DNA of 64,000 bases from a virus (taxonomy: Duplodnaviria > Caudoviricetes), in IMG/VR virus record IMGVR_UViG_2974592485_000001, positions 32,001 to 96,000 of that record; one strand, given 5' to 3'. Position numbers and translations under genes: made by a program. The notes beneath the pieces are model-generated. The model was given only the letters and a program-made list of their open reading frames with translations. It was not told where the DNA came from and searched no databases. Positions 1-6,994 of the stretch are shown here, piece after piece (the stretch's first letter is position 1; every line of letters begins with the position of its first letter).

Positions 1-14
1 GTCACGAGTTTTCA

Positions 15-212
15 TTACAGTGTTTCCTGAATTTCAGTAGCAAATACACCTAAAGCTAATGCGAACGCTGCCTTGGTCTCATCCGTAACTGCCAGTTCAC
101 TTTTTAAAGCTTCCATAGTGGCATACGTTTTCTGGTACACTTCTTTAGCAGAATCAGGCAACTCGGATAACAGCCCTTTCATCATTAGGGCTACACAAGT
201 ATTTTCGTTCAT
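15..212 (-). CDS. hypothetical protein (65 aa)
   Basis: ORF with AAGGA RBS directly downstream of the promoter at 248-276. Confidence 0.7.
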   Translation of the reverse strand: MNENTCVALMMKGLLSELPDSAKEVYQKTYATMEALKSELAVTDETKAAFALALGVFATEIQETL

Positions 213-247
213 TCGGATTTCCTTTGTTAGTTGACTTTATAATAAAC

Positions 248-276
248 ATTATATCAAATATAGAGTATAAAAGCAA
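248..276 (-). promoter_or_regulatory. T5-type sigma70 promoter
   Basis: Minus strand TTGCTT-17nt-TATAAT with an A-tract upstream. Confidence 0.85.
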
Positions 277-294
277 CTGAATTTTTAGTAAATT

Positions 295-369
295 TGGTGT
301 TCTCCCAGGGAATTGAACCCCGACCCTGTCGTTCGTAGCGACATATTCTCTCCATTAAACTAGGAGAAC
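295..369 (-). tRNA. tRNA-Arg(ACG)
   Basis: Cloverleaf; acceptor GTTCTCC/GGAGAAC, anticodon arm TGTCG-CTACGAA-CGACA, encoded CCA. Confidence 0.92.
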
Positions 370-376
370 ACAAATT

Positions 377-452
377 TGGAAGCGAGTGATAGAATCGAAC
401 TATCCTGTATAGGGATATGAGCCCTAGCAGTTCTCCAGAACTGTAACTCGCA
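377..452 (-). tRNA. tRNA-Met(CAT), initiator-type
   Basis: Anticodon arm TAGGG-CTCATAT-CCCTA with three consecutive G-C pairs; 1:72 mismatch; CCA. Confidence 0.85.
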
Positions 453-458
453 ATTGTA

Positions 459-533
459 TGGTAGTTAGTAGTGGAATTGAACCACTGTCTTCTGCTGTAT
501 GAAAGCAGTGCATAACCATTCTGCCAACTAACT
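459..533 (-). tRNA. tRNA with CAT anticodon (Met or lysidine Ile2)
   Basis: Acceptor AGTTAGT/ACTAACT, arm CTGCT-TTCATAC-AGCAG, CCA. Confidence 0.85.
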
Positions 534-538
534 ATAAT

Positions 539-616
539 TGGTGGCTCCCCGAGGATTCGAACCTACGTACCTTTCGATTATGAGTCGAGTGCTCATACCA
601 TATGAGCTTGAGAACC
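539..616 (-). tRNA. tRNA-Met(CAT), elongator-type (Ile2 not excluded)
   Basis: Arm CTCGA-CTCATAA-TCGAA, T-loop TTCGAAT, CCA. Confidence 0.85.
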
Positions 617-620
617 AATT

Positions 621-697
621 TGGTACACCACCCCAGATTCGAACTGGGAACTCTGAAGTCTTAAGCCTCATGCCTCTGCCAATTGGGCCAGTGGTGC
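621..697 (-). tRNA. tRNA-Leu(TAA) with short variable arm
   Basis: Arm TGAGG-CTTAAGA-CTTCA, 5-nt variable region, CCA. Confidence 0.88.
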
Positions 698-703
698 GTT
701 AAA

Positions 704-862
704 TTATTTCTGTTCTACTTTTAGAACATCTAAATGCTTTTGATTATTAAAGAAGTCCGTCCTAAGTCTAAATTCTGACTTAGCATATACACAGAAAGGT
801 GGCTGAGGCTTCCCTCTCTTACTACCTTTATTATAGCATGTGGTAACTAGGAACTTAATCAT
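704..862 (-). CDS. small hypothetical protein (52 aa, MIKFLVTTCY...)
   Basis: Hand-translated ORF below the track cut-off, starting 1 nt after the stop of 864..1202. Confidence 0.6.
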   Translation of the reverse strand: MIKFLVTTCYNKGSKRGKPQPPFCVYAKSEFRLRTDFFNNQKHLDVLKVEQK

Positions 863-863
863 A

Positions 864-1202
864 TTATCGAATCTCGTAACCTTGATGATACCGTGGGAAA
901 GGGGAGCCTACTTCAAAACAAATAGCCCACTCAATCTCGATTAGCTCTACTTTACTGTAGCTTTGCCCACGATCAGTAAATACGTACTGCATAAACGAAG
1001 GTGCAATAATCTGCGCATCGTCTTCAGACAAGTACACTAAATCTTCCGTGCGAAGACCCTCGTATTCTTCGAAAAATCGTTCAACAAAAAACTCTGGAAC
1101 AATAATAGTATCTTGCTCAACTGTATCATCAGTACGGTATACTTTGATACTGAAGAGAGACACACCGAGTAAGTTAATAGCAGGAGTTGTAAAAAGTTCC
1201 AT
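864..1202 (-). CDS. hypothetical protein (112 aa)
   Basis: ORF track; start overlaps upstream stop (TAATG). Confidence 0.75.
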   Translation of the reverse strand: MELFTTPAINLLGVSLFSIKVYRTDDTVEQDTIIVPEFFVERFFEEYEGLRTEDLVYLSEDDAQIIAPSFMQYVFTDRGQSYSKVELIEIEWAICFEVGSPFPRYHQGYEIR

Positions 1203-1387
1203 TACGCACCTTCAATATCTAGAGAAATTTTAAAAACAGGATTAATACCTGTTCCCTTGCATGTGGGACATTCCCATACAATATAGCCTATGTCCCCTGG
1301 TTCTGCGTCATCTTGTGTACCTGTACCCCAACAATCAGTACACATACACTCTTCAAGTTCTTGCTGTAGCTCTTGAAACCTAGACAT
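1202..1387 (-). CDS. small DnaJ-type zinc-finger protein
   Basis: Two CxxCxGxG motifs (CTDCWGTG, CPTCKGTG); AGGAG RBS. Confidence 0.8.
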   Translation of the reverse strand: MSRFQELQQELEECMCTDCWGTGTQDDAEPGDIGYIVWECPTCKGTGINPVFKISLDIEGA

Positions 1388-1406
1388 GCTATCTCCTAGT
1401 TAAAAT

Positions 1407-1485
1407 TGGTAGACCGCCTGGGACTTGAACCCAGAACCTTCCGATTAAAAGTCGGGTGCTACTAAACCTATTGAGCTAGCGATCT
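1407..1485 (-). tRNA. tRNA-Lys(TTT)
   Basis: Arm CCCGA-CTTTTAA-TCGGA, acceptor AGATCGC/GCGGTCT, CCA. Confidence 0.92.
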
Positions 1486-1490
1486 ATATC

Positions 1491-1583
1491 TGGTAAAGGG
1501 TGTAGGAGTCGAACCTACATACTAGAAGCTCGAAAGTCTAGTGCATTAGTCCTTGCATTCACGCGTTACTATGCTAACCCTTT
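1491..1583 (-). ncRNA. aberrant tRNA-like RNA (expanded D loop, 10-nt anticodon loop)
   Basis: Perfect acceptor AAAGGGT/ACCCTTT+ACCA and T arm GTAGG-TTCGACT-CCTAC, but ~24-nt D loop and CTAGA-CTTTCGAGCT-TCTAG arm. Confidence 0.75.
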
Positions 1584-1589
1584 AGAATT

Positions 1590-1668
1590 TGGTGGAGAAT
1601 AACGGATTCGAACCGTTCTGGTATCCTCGGTGCAAGCGAGGCGTCCACTCCAAGCAGACCCATTCCCC
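1590..1668 (-). tRNA. tRNA-Ala(TGC)
   Basis: Arm CCTCG-CTTGCAC-CGAGG, G3:U70 pair, CCA. Confidence 0.92.
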
Positions 1669-1677
1669 TGAATTTTG

Positions 1678-1839
1678 TTATATAGTACGACCGTTTGACC
1701 AACAAGACAACCACTGTTTAACCATACTAATATTTTCGTCAGAGTGGCCTTCCTTTCGCATGATCGCCTCTAGCTGAATGTAAGAGTACTTCTTTCGGAA
1801 CACACGTTTAGCGTATAAGTAAGCGTCATTTTTAGTCAT
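1678..1839 (-). CDS. small hypothetical protein (53 aa, MTKNDAYLY...)
   Basis: Hand-translated ORF filling the gap between tRNAs; AAGGG upstream. Confidence 0.6.
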   Translation of the reverse strand: MTKNDAYLYAKRVFRKKYSYIQLEAIMRKEGHSDENISMVKQWLSCWSNGRTI

Positions 1840-1857
1840 ATCGTACCCTTAATAAAT

Positions 1858-1935
1858 TGGTCTCCCCGACAGGATTCGAACCTGTGACCCGATGCATCCA
1901 AGGCACCTACGCTGACCAGACTGCGCTACGGAGAG
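1858..1935 (-). tRNA. tRNA-Pro(TGG)
   Basis: Arm GGTGC-CTTGGAT-GCATC, CCA. Confidence 0.92.
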
Positions 1936-2152
1936 TTATTATTCATACATTTTAAGAATATATTCTTTTGTTTCTTCAACACTAGAAAGACTTATACTCT
2001 CAAAAGAATTAAAGATGGTAGTTTTAACATTGCCATTTACAGGCAAATTGATTTTCATTATCTTAATTTCATTATGAAAAACAGATATTGGTACCATCTT
2101 TTTCTTCAACAAAATCTATCATTTGATTTCCTCCCTAACTTTCAATACAAAT

Positions 2153-2181
2153 ATTATATCAAACTTTAAGGAAGAAAGCAA
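2153..2181 (-). promoter_or_regulatory. T5-type sigma70 promoter
   Basis: TTGCTT-17-TATAAT. Confidence 0.85.
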
Positions 2182-2188
2182 ATAAATT

Positions 2189-2536
2189 TTAAAACTTTTT
2201 AGTAAACCAGTTAATAGTCTCACCAGTATCCTGCTCATACCAGTTAACAAGCTCAGCTAGATTTCTAGGAGCATCCGTAGTTTTAAGATTTGCTAAATAA
2301 TGGCCAAGTCTATTCCAACTTTGCATATCCATTAAAGGCACACCTAATTCGCTACCAAAAGGTGAGGCGTCATGGATATCTACACGTCCTGCCCCATATT
2401 TGGTTTCATAAGTTCGAATCTTAACTACTTCACCTAAAATAGAGTTGAACTTCTCTTCCTCGGTATATGGGATATTATTCTCCTCATACCACCTATTGCT
2501 AACTGGCCCCATCCAATTTAGGAAATAAGTAACCAT
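2189..2536 (-). CDS. hypothetical protein (115 aa)
   Basis: ORF track, operonic with 2538..2882. Confidence 0.75.
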   Translation of the reverse strand: MVTYFLNWMGPVSNRWYEENNIPYTEEEKFNSILGEVVKIRTYETKYGAGRVDIHDASPFGSELGVPLMDMQSWNRLGHYLANLKTTDAPRNLAELVNWYEQDTGETINWFTKKF

Positions 2537-2537
2537 T

Positions 2538-2882
2538 TTATGCCCTTACTTTTGTTAAAGTAATCCCTAGACTTTCTAAGAATCCTTTAGCTCCATACAT
2601 ACTATCTACAGCCGCAGGGTTGTGGGAATGGATATTGATTTTTTGTATAGAAGAAAGTTGCCCATTGAAAATTGCTTCTTCAATAAAACTTAGTACATCT
2701 TTACCTTCTTTTTCAGTTCCTAGATCATTATCCAAAGAAACATAAGTTATATAGGGTCTTTCTTGCAAAAGACGTATAGCATCCACATAGTTATCAACCC
2801 ATATAACATGATTGATTCCCTTAGTAAAGATAGGGTAATCTTTAGGATCACGTAAATCATCAACCCAAAGTAATGTTTCCAT
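2538..2882 (-). CDS. cyclic-phosphate-processing receiver (cREC)-like protein
   Basis: Motifs LWVDDLRDP, VSLDNDLG, GKDVL, IHSHNP typical of this stand-alone receiver family. Confidence 0.75.
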   Translation of the reverse strand: METLLWVDDLRDPKDYPIFTKGINHVIWVDNYVDAIRLLQERPYITYVSLDNDLGTEKEGKDVLSFIEEAIFNGQLSSIQKINIHSHNPAAVDSMYGAKGFLESLGITLTKVRA

Positions 2883-2912
2883 TTGTATTTCCTCTCACTA
2901 ATTTATGAACAT

Positions 2913-2941
2913 ATTATACCCTAAATTAAGAAGAAATGCAA
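2913..2941 (-). promoter_or_regulatory. T5-type sigma70 promoter
   Basis: TTGCAT-17-TATAAT. Confidence 0.85.
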
Positions 2942-2953
2942 ATGAATTTTTAG

Positions 2954-2977
2954 AAAAATAAAGCCACCGAAGTGGCT
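2954..2977 (-). terminator. intrinsic terminator
   Basis: AGCCAC-TTCG-GTGGCT followed by a U-rich tail. Confidence 0.75.
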
Positions 2978-2985
2978 GTAAAATC

Positions 2986-3255
2986 TTAAACTCGATGAAT
3001 AATCTTTACTGTCTGGCCTTGGTCATTCATGAGGTATGAAGACTCGTTCTTATGAACGAAGATGGTCTTATCCTCAGAAACAACAGACGCAACTACGGAA
3101 TCAGAGTCTGGGCTACTGTAGCCTTCAAAGTGAAACTGAACTCTTACATCTACACTTAACTCAATAAAGTGCTCTTCTTCATCTACCTCAAAGGGTACTG
3201 AATCGAAAATTCTTGTCCCCGCAGGGAGTTTGCGAATAATTTTTAAAGTATACAT
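2986..3255 (-). CDS. hypothetical protein (89 aa)
   Basis: ORF track; AAGGAG RBS. Confidence 0.75.
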   Translation of the reverse strand: MYTLKIIRKLPAGTRIFDSVPFEVDEEEHFIELSVDVRVQFHFEGYSSPDSDSVVASVVSEDKTIFVHKNESSYLMNDQGQTVKIIHRV

Positions 3256-3286
3256 AGTGCTCCTTAGTAGTATTTAGTAGTACTAT

Positions 3287-3784
3287 TGACACGGGTATTG
3301 CCCTTCCGAAGAAGGGCTAACCCAGGCTTGTAACTTGTCATTTCTGTTTTAAGTTGGATAAGTAGTCACATAAGGGGATCTTTGTAGTTAGCCGATAGAG
3401 TACCTTATATGCTAAACCATTGACTGAAAGTTGATAGCTTCCCATACTTTGACAAGGGGATCTCTTTTGTTTTTAACGTGGATTCGTTGATCAGTTGAAC
3501 CACTACGTCTGGTCTCCCAAACGCTAGGGCAATGGCTATCTAAAGCCCTAGCTTCTACAACTCAGTGGATAGCATGAGTTAGTTATGCTGTCTCGTATCG
3601 ATTTACAGGCTTGTGGGACAGTATCCGCTGATTATTCATAACTATAGTGTAGGTTACGTGTCAGTCCAACAAAGTGAGACTATCATCCTACGTACTGGCA
3701 AGGACGGTGAACCAGTACCGTTTACACATTTTAAAGTCAACCGTCATCCTTGCTAGAAGACAAGCCCCTAGACTTACCGTGTCA
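3287..3784 (-). ncRNA. candidate ~500-nt large structured ncRNA
   Basis: No sense ORF; ends pair (3287-3294/3777-3784); many internal stems, a cUUCGg loop and a pseudoknot. Confidence 0.65.
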
Positions 3785-3818
3785 CCGTTGTTTCAGGATC
3801 GTACTTGCCCATCAGTGA

Positions 3819-3977
3819 TCATTCTTTTAACTTTGCTATTGCGTCAAATAGTGCTGATAATTCAGCCTCGGCATTAACAATGCTTGTATCTAGCTCGGTC
3901 TTTTCCTTGTTGAGGTTCCTTAATCTTTGCTCAACAATGCTAGCTCGATTCTCTAGAAGTGATAGAGGTGAATTCAT
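3819..3977 (-). CDS. small coiled-coil protein (52 aa, MNSPLSLLENR...)
   Basis: Hand-translated ORF with AAGGA RBS; heptad pattern. Confidence 0.65.
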   Translation of the reverse strand: MNSPLSLLENRASIVEQRLRNLNKEKTELDTSIVNAEAELSALFDAIAKLKE

Positions 3978-3991
3978 ATTTGTTCCTTAAT

Positions 3992-4066
3992 TGGTGCTCC
4001 CACTAGGATTCGAACCTAGTTCTGATGCTTACAAGGCAACTGCATCGCCATCAATGCTTTGGAAGC
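3992..4066 (-). tRNA. tRNA-Thr(TGT)
   Basis: Arm GTTGC-CTTGTAA-GCATC, CCA. Confidence 0.9.
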
Positions 4067-4075
4067 TAAGTTATA

Positions 4076-4279
4076 TTAATCTTTCAGAGGTTTGGATGTA
4101 CGAGTACCTTTATACTTATACATTTTACGACGCTGCTTTTCTCGCTTATAAAGTTCACGTCCACAACCAGCAGCTAAAACTCGTGGGTATCGACCTGCCT
4201 CATATGTAGTTTCCTGTGCAGGTACACCATACCCTTCTTTCACAATACGACGACATAATTTTGCTTGCTTACCATTCAT
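4076..4279 (-). CDS. small basic hypothetical protein (MNGKQAKL...)
   Basis: ORF track; start moved to the ATG with AAGGA RBS. Confidence 0.7.
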   Translation of the reverse strand: MNGKQAKLCRRIVKEGYGVPAQETTYEAGRYPRVLAAGCGRELYKREKQRRKMYKYKGTRTSKPLKD

Positions 4280-4299
4280 ACTTAGGTTTCCTTTTGTTA

Positions 4300-4427
4300 A
4301 GTTTGGGAGATATCTATTGATATCACACACTGTACCCCTGCCACGAATTTGTGGTTCCTGTGTGATCCTACCTGAGCACTCCTCGTGGAAACTGCTCTAG
4401 TAGTTCATAAAAGATATCACCTAAACT
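4300..4427 (-). ncRNA. candidate structured RNA with loop-loop pairing
   Basis: Closing inverted repeat 4300-4315/4412-4427 (14/16); inner stems; CCACGA/TCGTGG complementarity between loops. Confidence 0.5.
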
Positions 4428-4433
4428 CAACTC

Positions 4434-4581
4434 ACTTATTAAGACGCTCTTCTCGTATTATGAGTACACTGAGGAATAGAGGTGCGAGTTCTATTATTAT
4501 CCTAACCTTACCGCCGTAAAGTTTCAGAGTCGTCTTAATAAGTAAACTTTCGTTTACTTATACTCCTGTCGGCGGTAGGTT
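4434..4581 (-). ncRNA. candidate pseudoknotted/switchable RNA
   Basis: 13-bp stem 4434-4446/4531-4543, crossing stem 4504-4516/4570-4581, competing GAAA hairpin 4539-4560. Confidence 0.5.
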
Positions 4582-4723
4582 CTAGTGCGGCCTAGAATGT
4601 CTACCCTACAATACAGAAGATTTTAGCAAGCAGAACGGCCGGAACTAACTTGCCTTGTTTACTACTAGCCTAGTAGACACACAAGCTGTTACACGAATAT
4701 GCAAGCTCAGCCTTAGTAGATTT

Positions 4724-4868
4724 TGGTGCGGTCAGAGAGGTCATTCTAGACAGGTATCGAACCTGCTATCACCACTGCGGAATTACGAGCTTGCCCTTTG
4801 ACTTCTACGGAATTGAACCGTACCTCAACCCTCGAATGGCTGGTTTCCCCATCAACCACGCTAGAATG
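4724..4868 (-). ncRNA. tRNA-like RNA with two T arms
   Basis: Acceptor-like stem 4742-4749/4861-4868, D-like arm, T arms at 4750-4766 and 4806-4822, CCA at the end of a 3' extension. Confidence 0.6.
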
Positions 4869-4939
4869 TTTATTAATGAGCAGAGTCCGGTGTAGCAGTC
4901 CGTAAGGGTGCACCTACTGTAGCCTTTACTCTGTTTGTT

Positions 4940-5016
4940 TGGTACTCCCAGAAGGACTTGAACCTTCAACCCTCCGCTTAAGAGGCGGTAGCTCTAACCA
5001 GTTGAGCTATGGAAGT
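4940..5016 (-). tRNA. tRNA-Lys(CTT)
   Basis: Arm ACCGC-CTCTTAA-GCGGA, CCA. Confidence 0.9.
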
Positions 5017-5127
5017 GTTTAATGAATAGCCATAAAAATGACTATTGGTTAAACACATCTTTGTGTTCGTCGGCTTGCATCTTTCAGCGTCGCAGGGAGA
5101 GTACCGTCTCTTTACCCCTACCCAATT

Positions 5128-5202
5128 TGGCGCTACCGATGGGATTCGAACTCACATATTCCCCGTGAGAGAAGAGTATCATATCCACTAGACTATAGTA
5201 GC
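5128..5202 (-). tRNA. tRNA-Glu(CTC), degenerate stems
   Basis: Loop CTCTCAC, G discriminator, CCA; mismatches in acceptor, anticodon and T stems. Confidence 0.65.
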
Positions 5203-5208
5203 TTTAAT

Positions 5209-5285
5209 TGGCGGGCAGTGCTGGGTTCGAACCAGCTATCCTTCGCTTAACAGGCGAGCGCATGTACCATATATGCTCACTACCC
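5209..5285 (-). tRNA. tRNA-Asn(GTT)
   Basis: Arm CTCGC-CTGTTAA-GCGAA, CCA. Confidence 0.9.
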
Positions 5286-5289
5286 AAAT

Positions 5290-5585
5290 TTGTTGCTAGG
5301 AAGAAACCTGATTCGGAAAAACAATCCCAGCGATTTTTAGCAGACTTTTAGTTATTGGTTTAGATTAAGCGGAGTTTCCTCGGCAAATCCCTGATCAAGC
5401 TGGCTTTTGCACAGCCACCCACTTGAAACTGCTTACCTCACGCCACAAGTTAATGTCAGTATGGCGATTGACTTAGTGCAAATTCTTTATACTGCTTTGG
5501 GTGTTTCGGGGTTACTCAATACTGGTTCTACTATTAACCCTTATTCGAACTGCTAACCAGTTTAAGAGCGTACTCACAGTATAAA
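5290..5585 (-). ncRNA. candidate cluster of small structured RNAs
   Basis: ORF-free; stems 5366-5378/5425-5435 and 5486-5494/5577-5585; two apparent pseudoknots. Confidence 0.45.
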
Positions 5586-5587
5586 TT

Positions 5588-5661
5588 TGGACGACGATAC
5601 TGGATTTTAACCAGTCTAAAGAAGTTTGCAATTTCTCACCTAGTCACTCGGACAATCGTCG
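5588..5661 (-). tRNA. tRNA-Cys(GCA)
   Basis: GCA anticodon, U73 discriminator, CCA; atypical T loop TTAAAAT. Confidence 0.8.
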
Positions 5662-5687
5662 GTTCTTTACTAACTTTCAATATAAAT

Positions 5688-5716
5688 ATTATATCAAATA
5701 ATATAGCTGAAAGCAA
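5688..5716 (-). promoter_or_regulatory. T5-type sigma70 promoter
   Basis: TTGCTT-17-TATAAT directly upstream of tRNA-Cys. Confidence 0.85.
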
Positions 5717-5724
5717 ATGAATTT

Positions 5725-6201
5725 TTAATCAACAAGCTTCAGAGTAGGGCAATATTTTTCTTTTTTAGCCTTCAGGAACTCAACCGTAATGTTAGTTGCG
5801 GATACTAACTTTTTGTTAGATACTGCCGCCAGTTTTCCTACTGAAGACTCTTTAAGGTTTCTTTTACGTGCAAACTCTGTAACCCTGCCCCAGTTTTTTC
5901 TGATCAAGAATCCTAGACCAAAAATTCCGGAGGCTACTGCTGCACCTACTAAGGGTAGCACGTACAGAGTTGCTAGCGTACCTTTAAGCCCTACTAGGAA
6001 ACCTGTTGCCATTCCCACTAATCCACCAATGATTAGTAATACTGCCCAAATAAACACTAAAAGTGCAGCAGTTTTGGCTACGTTGCCAAACGTATACCAA
6101 AAGTATTCACAACCGTTTTCTAACTCATCTGCTGTGAATCTACTACCCATAGCTCGGTTAAATCGATGTAACTTAGAAGACTTACTAATAGTCCAAGACA
6201 T
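5725..6201 (-). CDS. membrane protein (two hydrophobic segments)
   Basis: Hydrophobic stretches AALLVFIWAVLLIIGGLVG and LYVLPLVGAAVASGIFGLGFLI. Confidence 0.75.
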   Translation of the reverse strand: MSWTISKSSKLHRFNRAMGSRFTADELENGCEYFWYTFGNVAKTAALLVFIWAVLLIIGGLVGMATGFLVGLKGTLATLYVLPLVGAAVASGIFGLGFLIRKNWGRVTEFARKRNLKESSVGKLAAVSNKKLVSATNITVEFLKAKKEKYCPTLKLVD

Positions 6202-6202
6202 A

Positions 6203-6397
6203 CTATTTCCTTATCACAATAAAATGTTTTCTTAAGCAAGAAGACGAAACCCACACTTCTTTACCTAGGTCATCAATTATTAGTAAACCTGCTCTTCTAG
6301 CACTTCTTGCTATTACAGGGTATTCTACCCCCATAGAAGTATGCTCTAATAAATGACCCCCTATGAAAGTTTCGTTATACTTTCTAGTAAGTTTCAT
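6203..6397 (-). CDS. hypothetical protein (64 aa)
   Basis: ORF track; AGGAA RBS. Confidence 0.65.
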   Translation of the reverse strand: MKLTRKYNETFIGGHLLEHTSMGVEYPVIARSARRAGLLIIDDLGKEVWVSSSCLRKHFIVIRK

Positions 6398-6411
6398 ACT
6401 ACTTTCCTATT

Positions 6412-6486
6412 TGGCAAACCCGCTAGGATTCGAACCTAGACCAGCAGTTTTGGAGACTGTTATGCTACCATTAACACCACGGGAAT
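6412..6486 (-). tRNA. tRNA-Trp(CCA)
   Basis: Loop CTCCAAA, G73, CCA; two U-U mismatches in the acceptor stem. Confidence 0.8.
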
Positions 6487-6492
6487 ATTGTT

Positions 6493-6599
6493 TGGAGCCT
6501 AGCCTAGGATTCGAACCTAGATGTATTTAACTCTACTGTTAGTTCGAGTACGTTTGACCAGCCTGGATGGGCTGCGCCAGTCCAACTGGCCACTAGACT
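6493..6599 (-). ncRNA. 107-nt tRNA-like RNA (6-bp D stem, 6-nt anticodon loop, very long variable region)
   Basis: Acceptor AGTCTAGT/GCTAGGCT+CCA, D arm GCCAGT-TGG-ACTGGC, CAGCC-CATCCA-GGCTG, T arm CTAGG-TTCGAAT-CCTAG. Confidence 0.75.
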
Positions 6600-6605
6600 A
6601 TAATT

Positions 6606-6680
6606 TGGTGCCCCCTGTTCGTAACGATCGAACCTCTCAAGCTCTTCAGGCAAGCGCTAATCCGTCTCAGCTAAAAGGGC
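6606..6680 (-). tRNA. tRNA-Phe(GAA), atypical
   Basis: Loop CTGAAGA, CCA; T loop ATCGTTA and two U-U mismatches in the anticodon stem. Confidence 0.8.
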
Positions 6681-6688
6681 ATAATTTG

Positions 6689-6994
6689 TTATTCTTCAGG
6701 ATTCATTGCTTCGTCAATGAGGTCACTTAAATCAATCATACCAATTGACAGGTTACGAAGTTTAAAGACCCGTAAAACCGCTTGGTAGTCTTCTTCCTGA
6801 ATAGAATCTAGCTCTACGGCTAATTCGTTAACTTGAACGGCTTCATTTGTGCCAAAGTAAATCTCCTCAGTAGAAGAGAAGCACGCTCCTTGGGTAAGTA
6901 CCAGAAAGGCTGCCTGCTCGGCAGAGATCTCGTGCAAACCAGAAACATCAAATTCATCTGCATAATTACCTGAAATCCTAAGAATGTGTCGCAT
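6689..6994 (-). CDS. hypothetical protein (MRHILRISG...)
   Basis: ORF track; start moved to the ATG with AGGAG RBS. Confidence 0.75.
   Translation of the reverse strand: MRHILRISGNYADEFDVSGLHEISAEQAAFLVLTQGACFSSTEEIYFGTNEAVQVNELAVELDSIQEEDYQAVLRVFKLRNLSIGMIDLSDLIDEAMNPEE

Noticed and set aside
3788-3822. Hammerhead ribozyme (minus strand CUGAUGG...UGAAAC)
   Set aside because: The core reads CUGAUGG rather than CUGANGA, stem II is weak, and I could not find stems I/III with an NUH site.
6493-6599. Selenocysteine tRNA
   Set aside because: No UCA anticodon in a 7-nt loop and the discriminator is not G.
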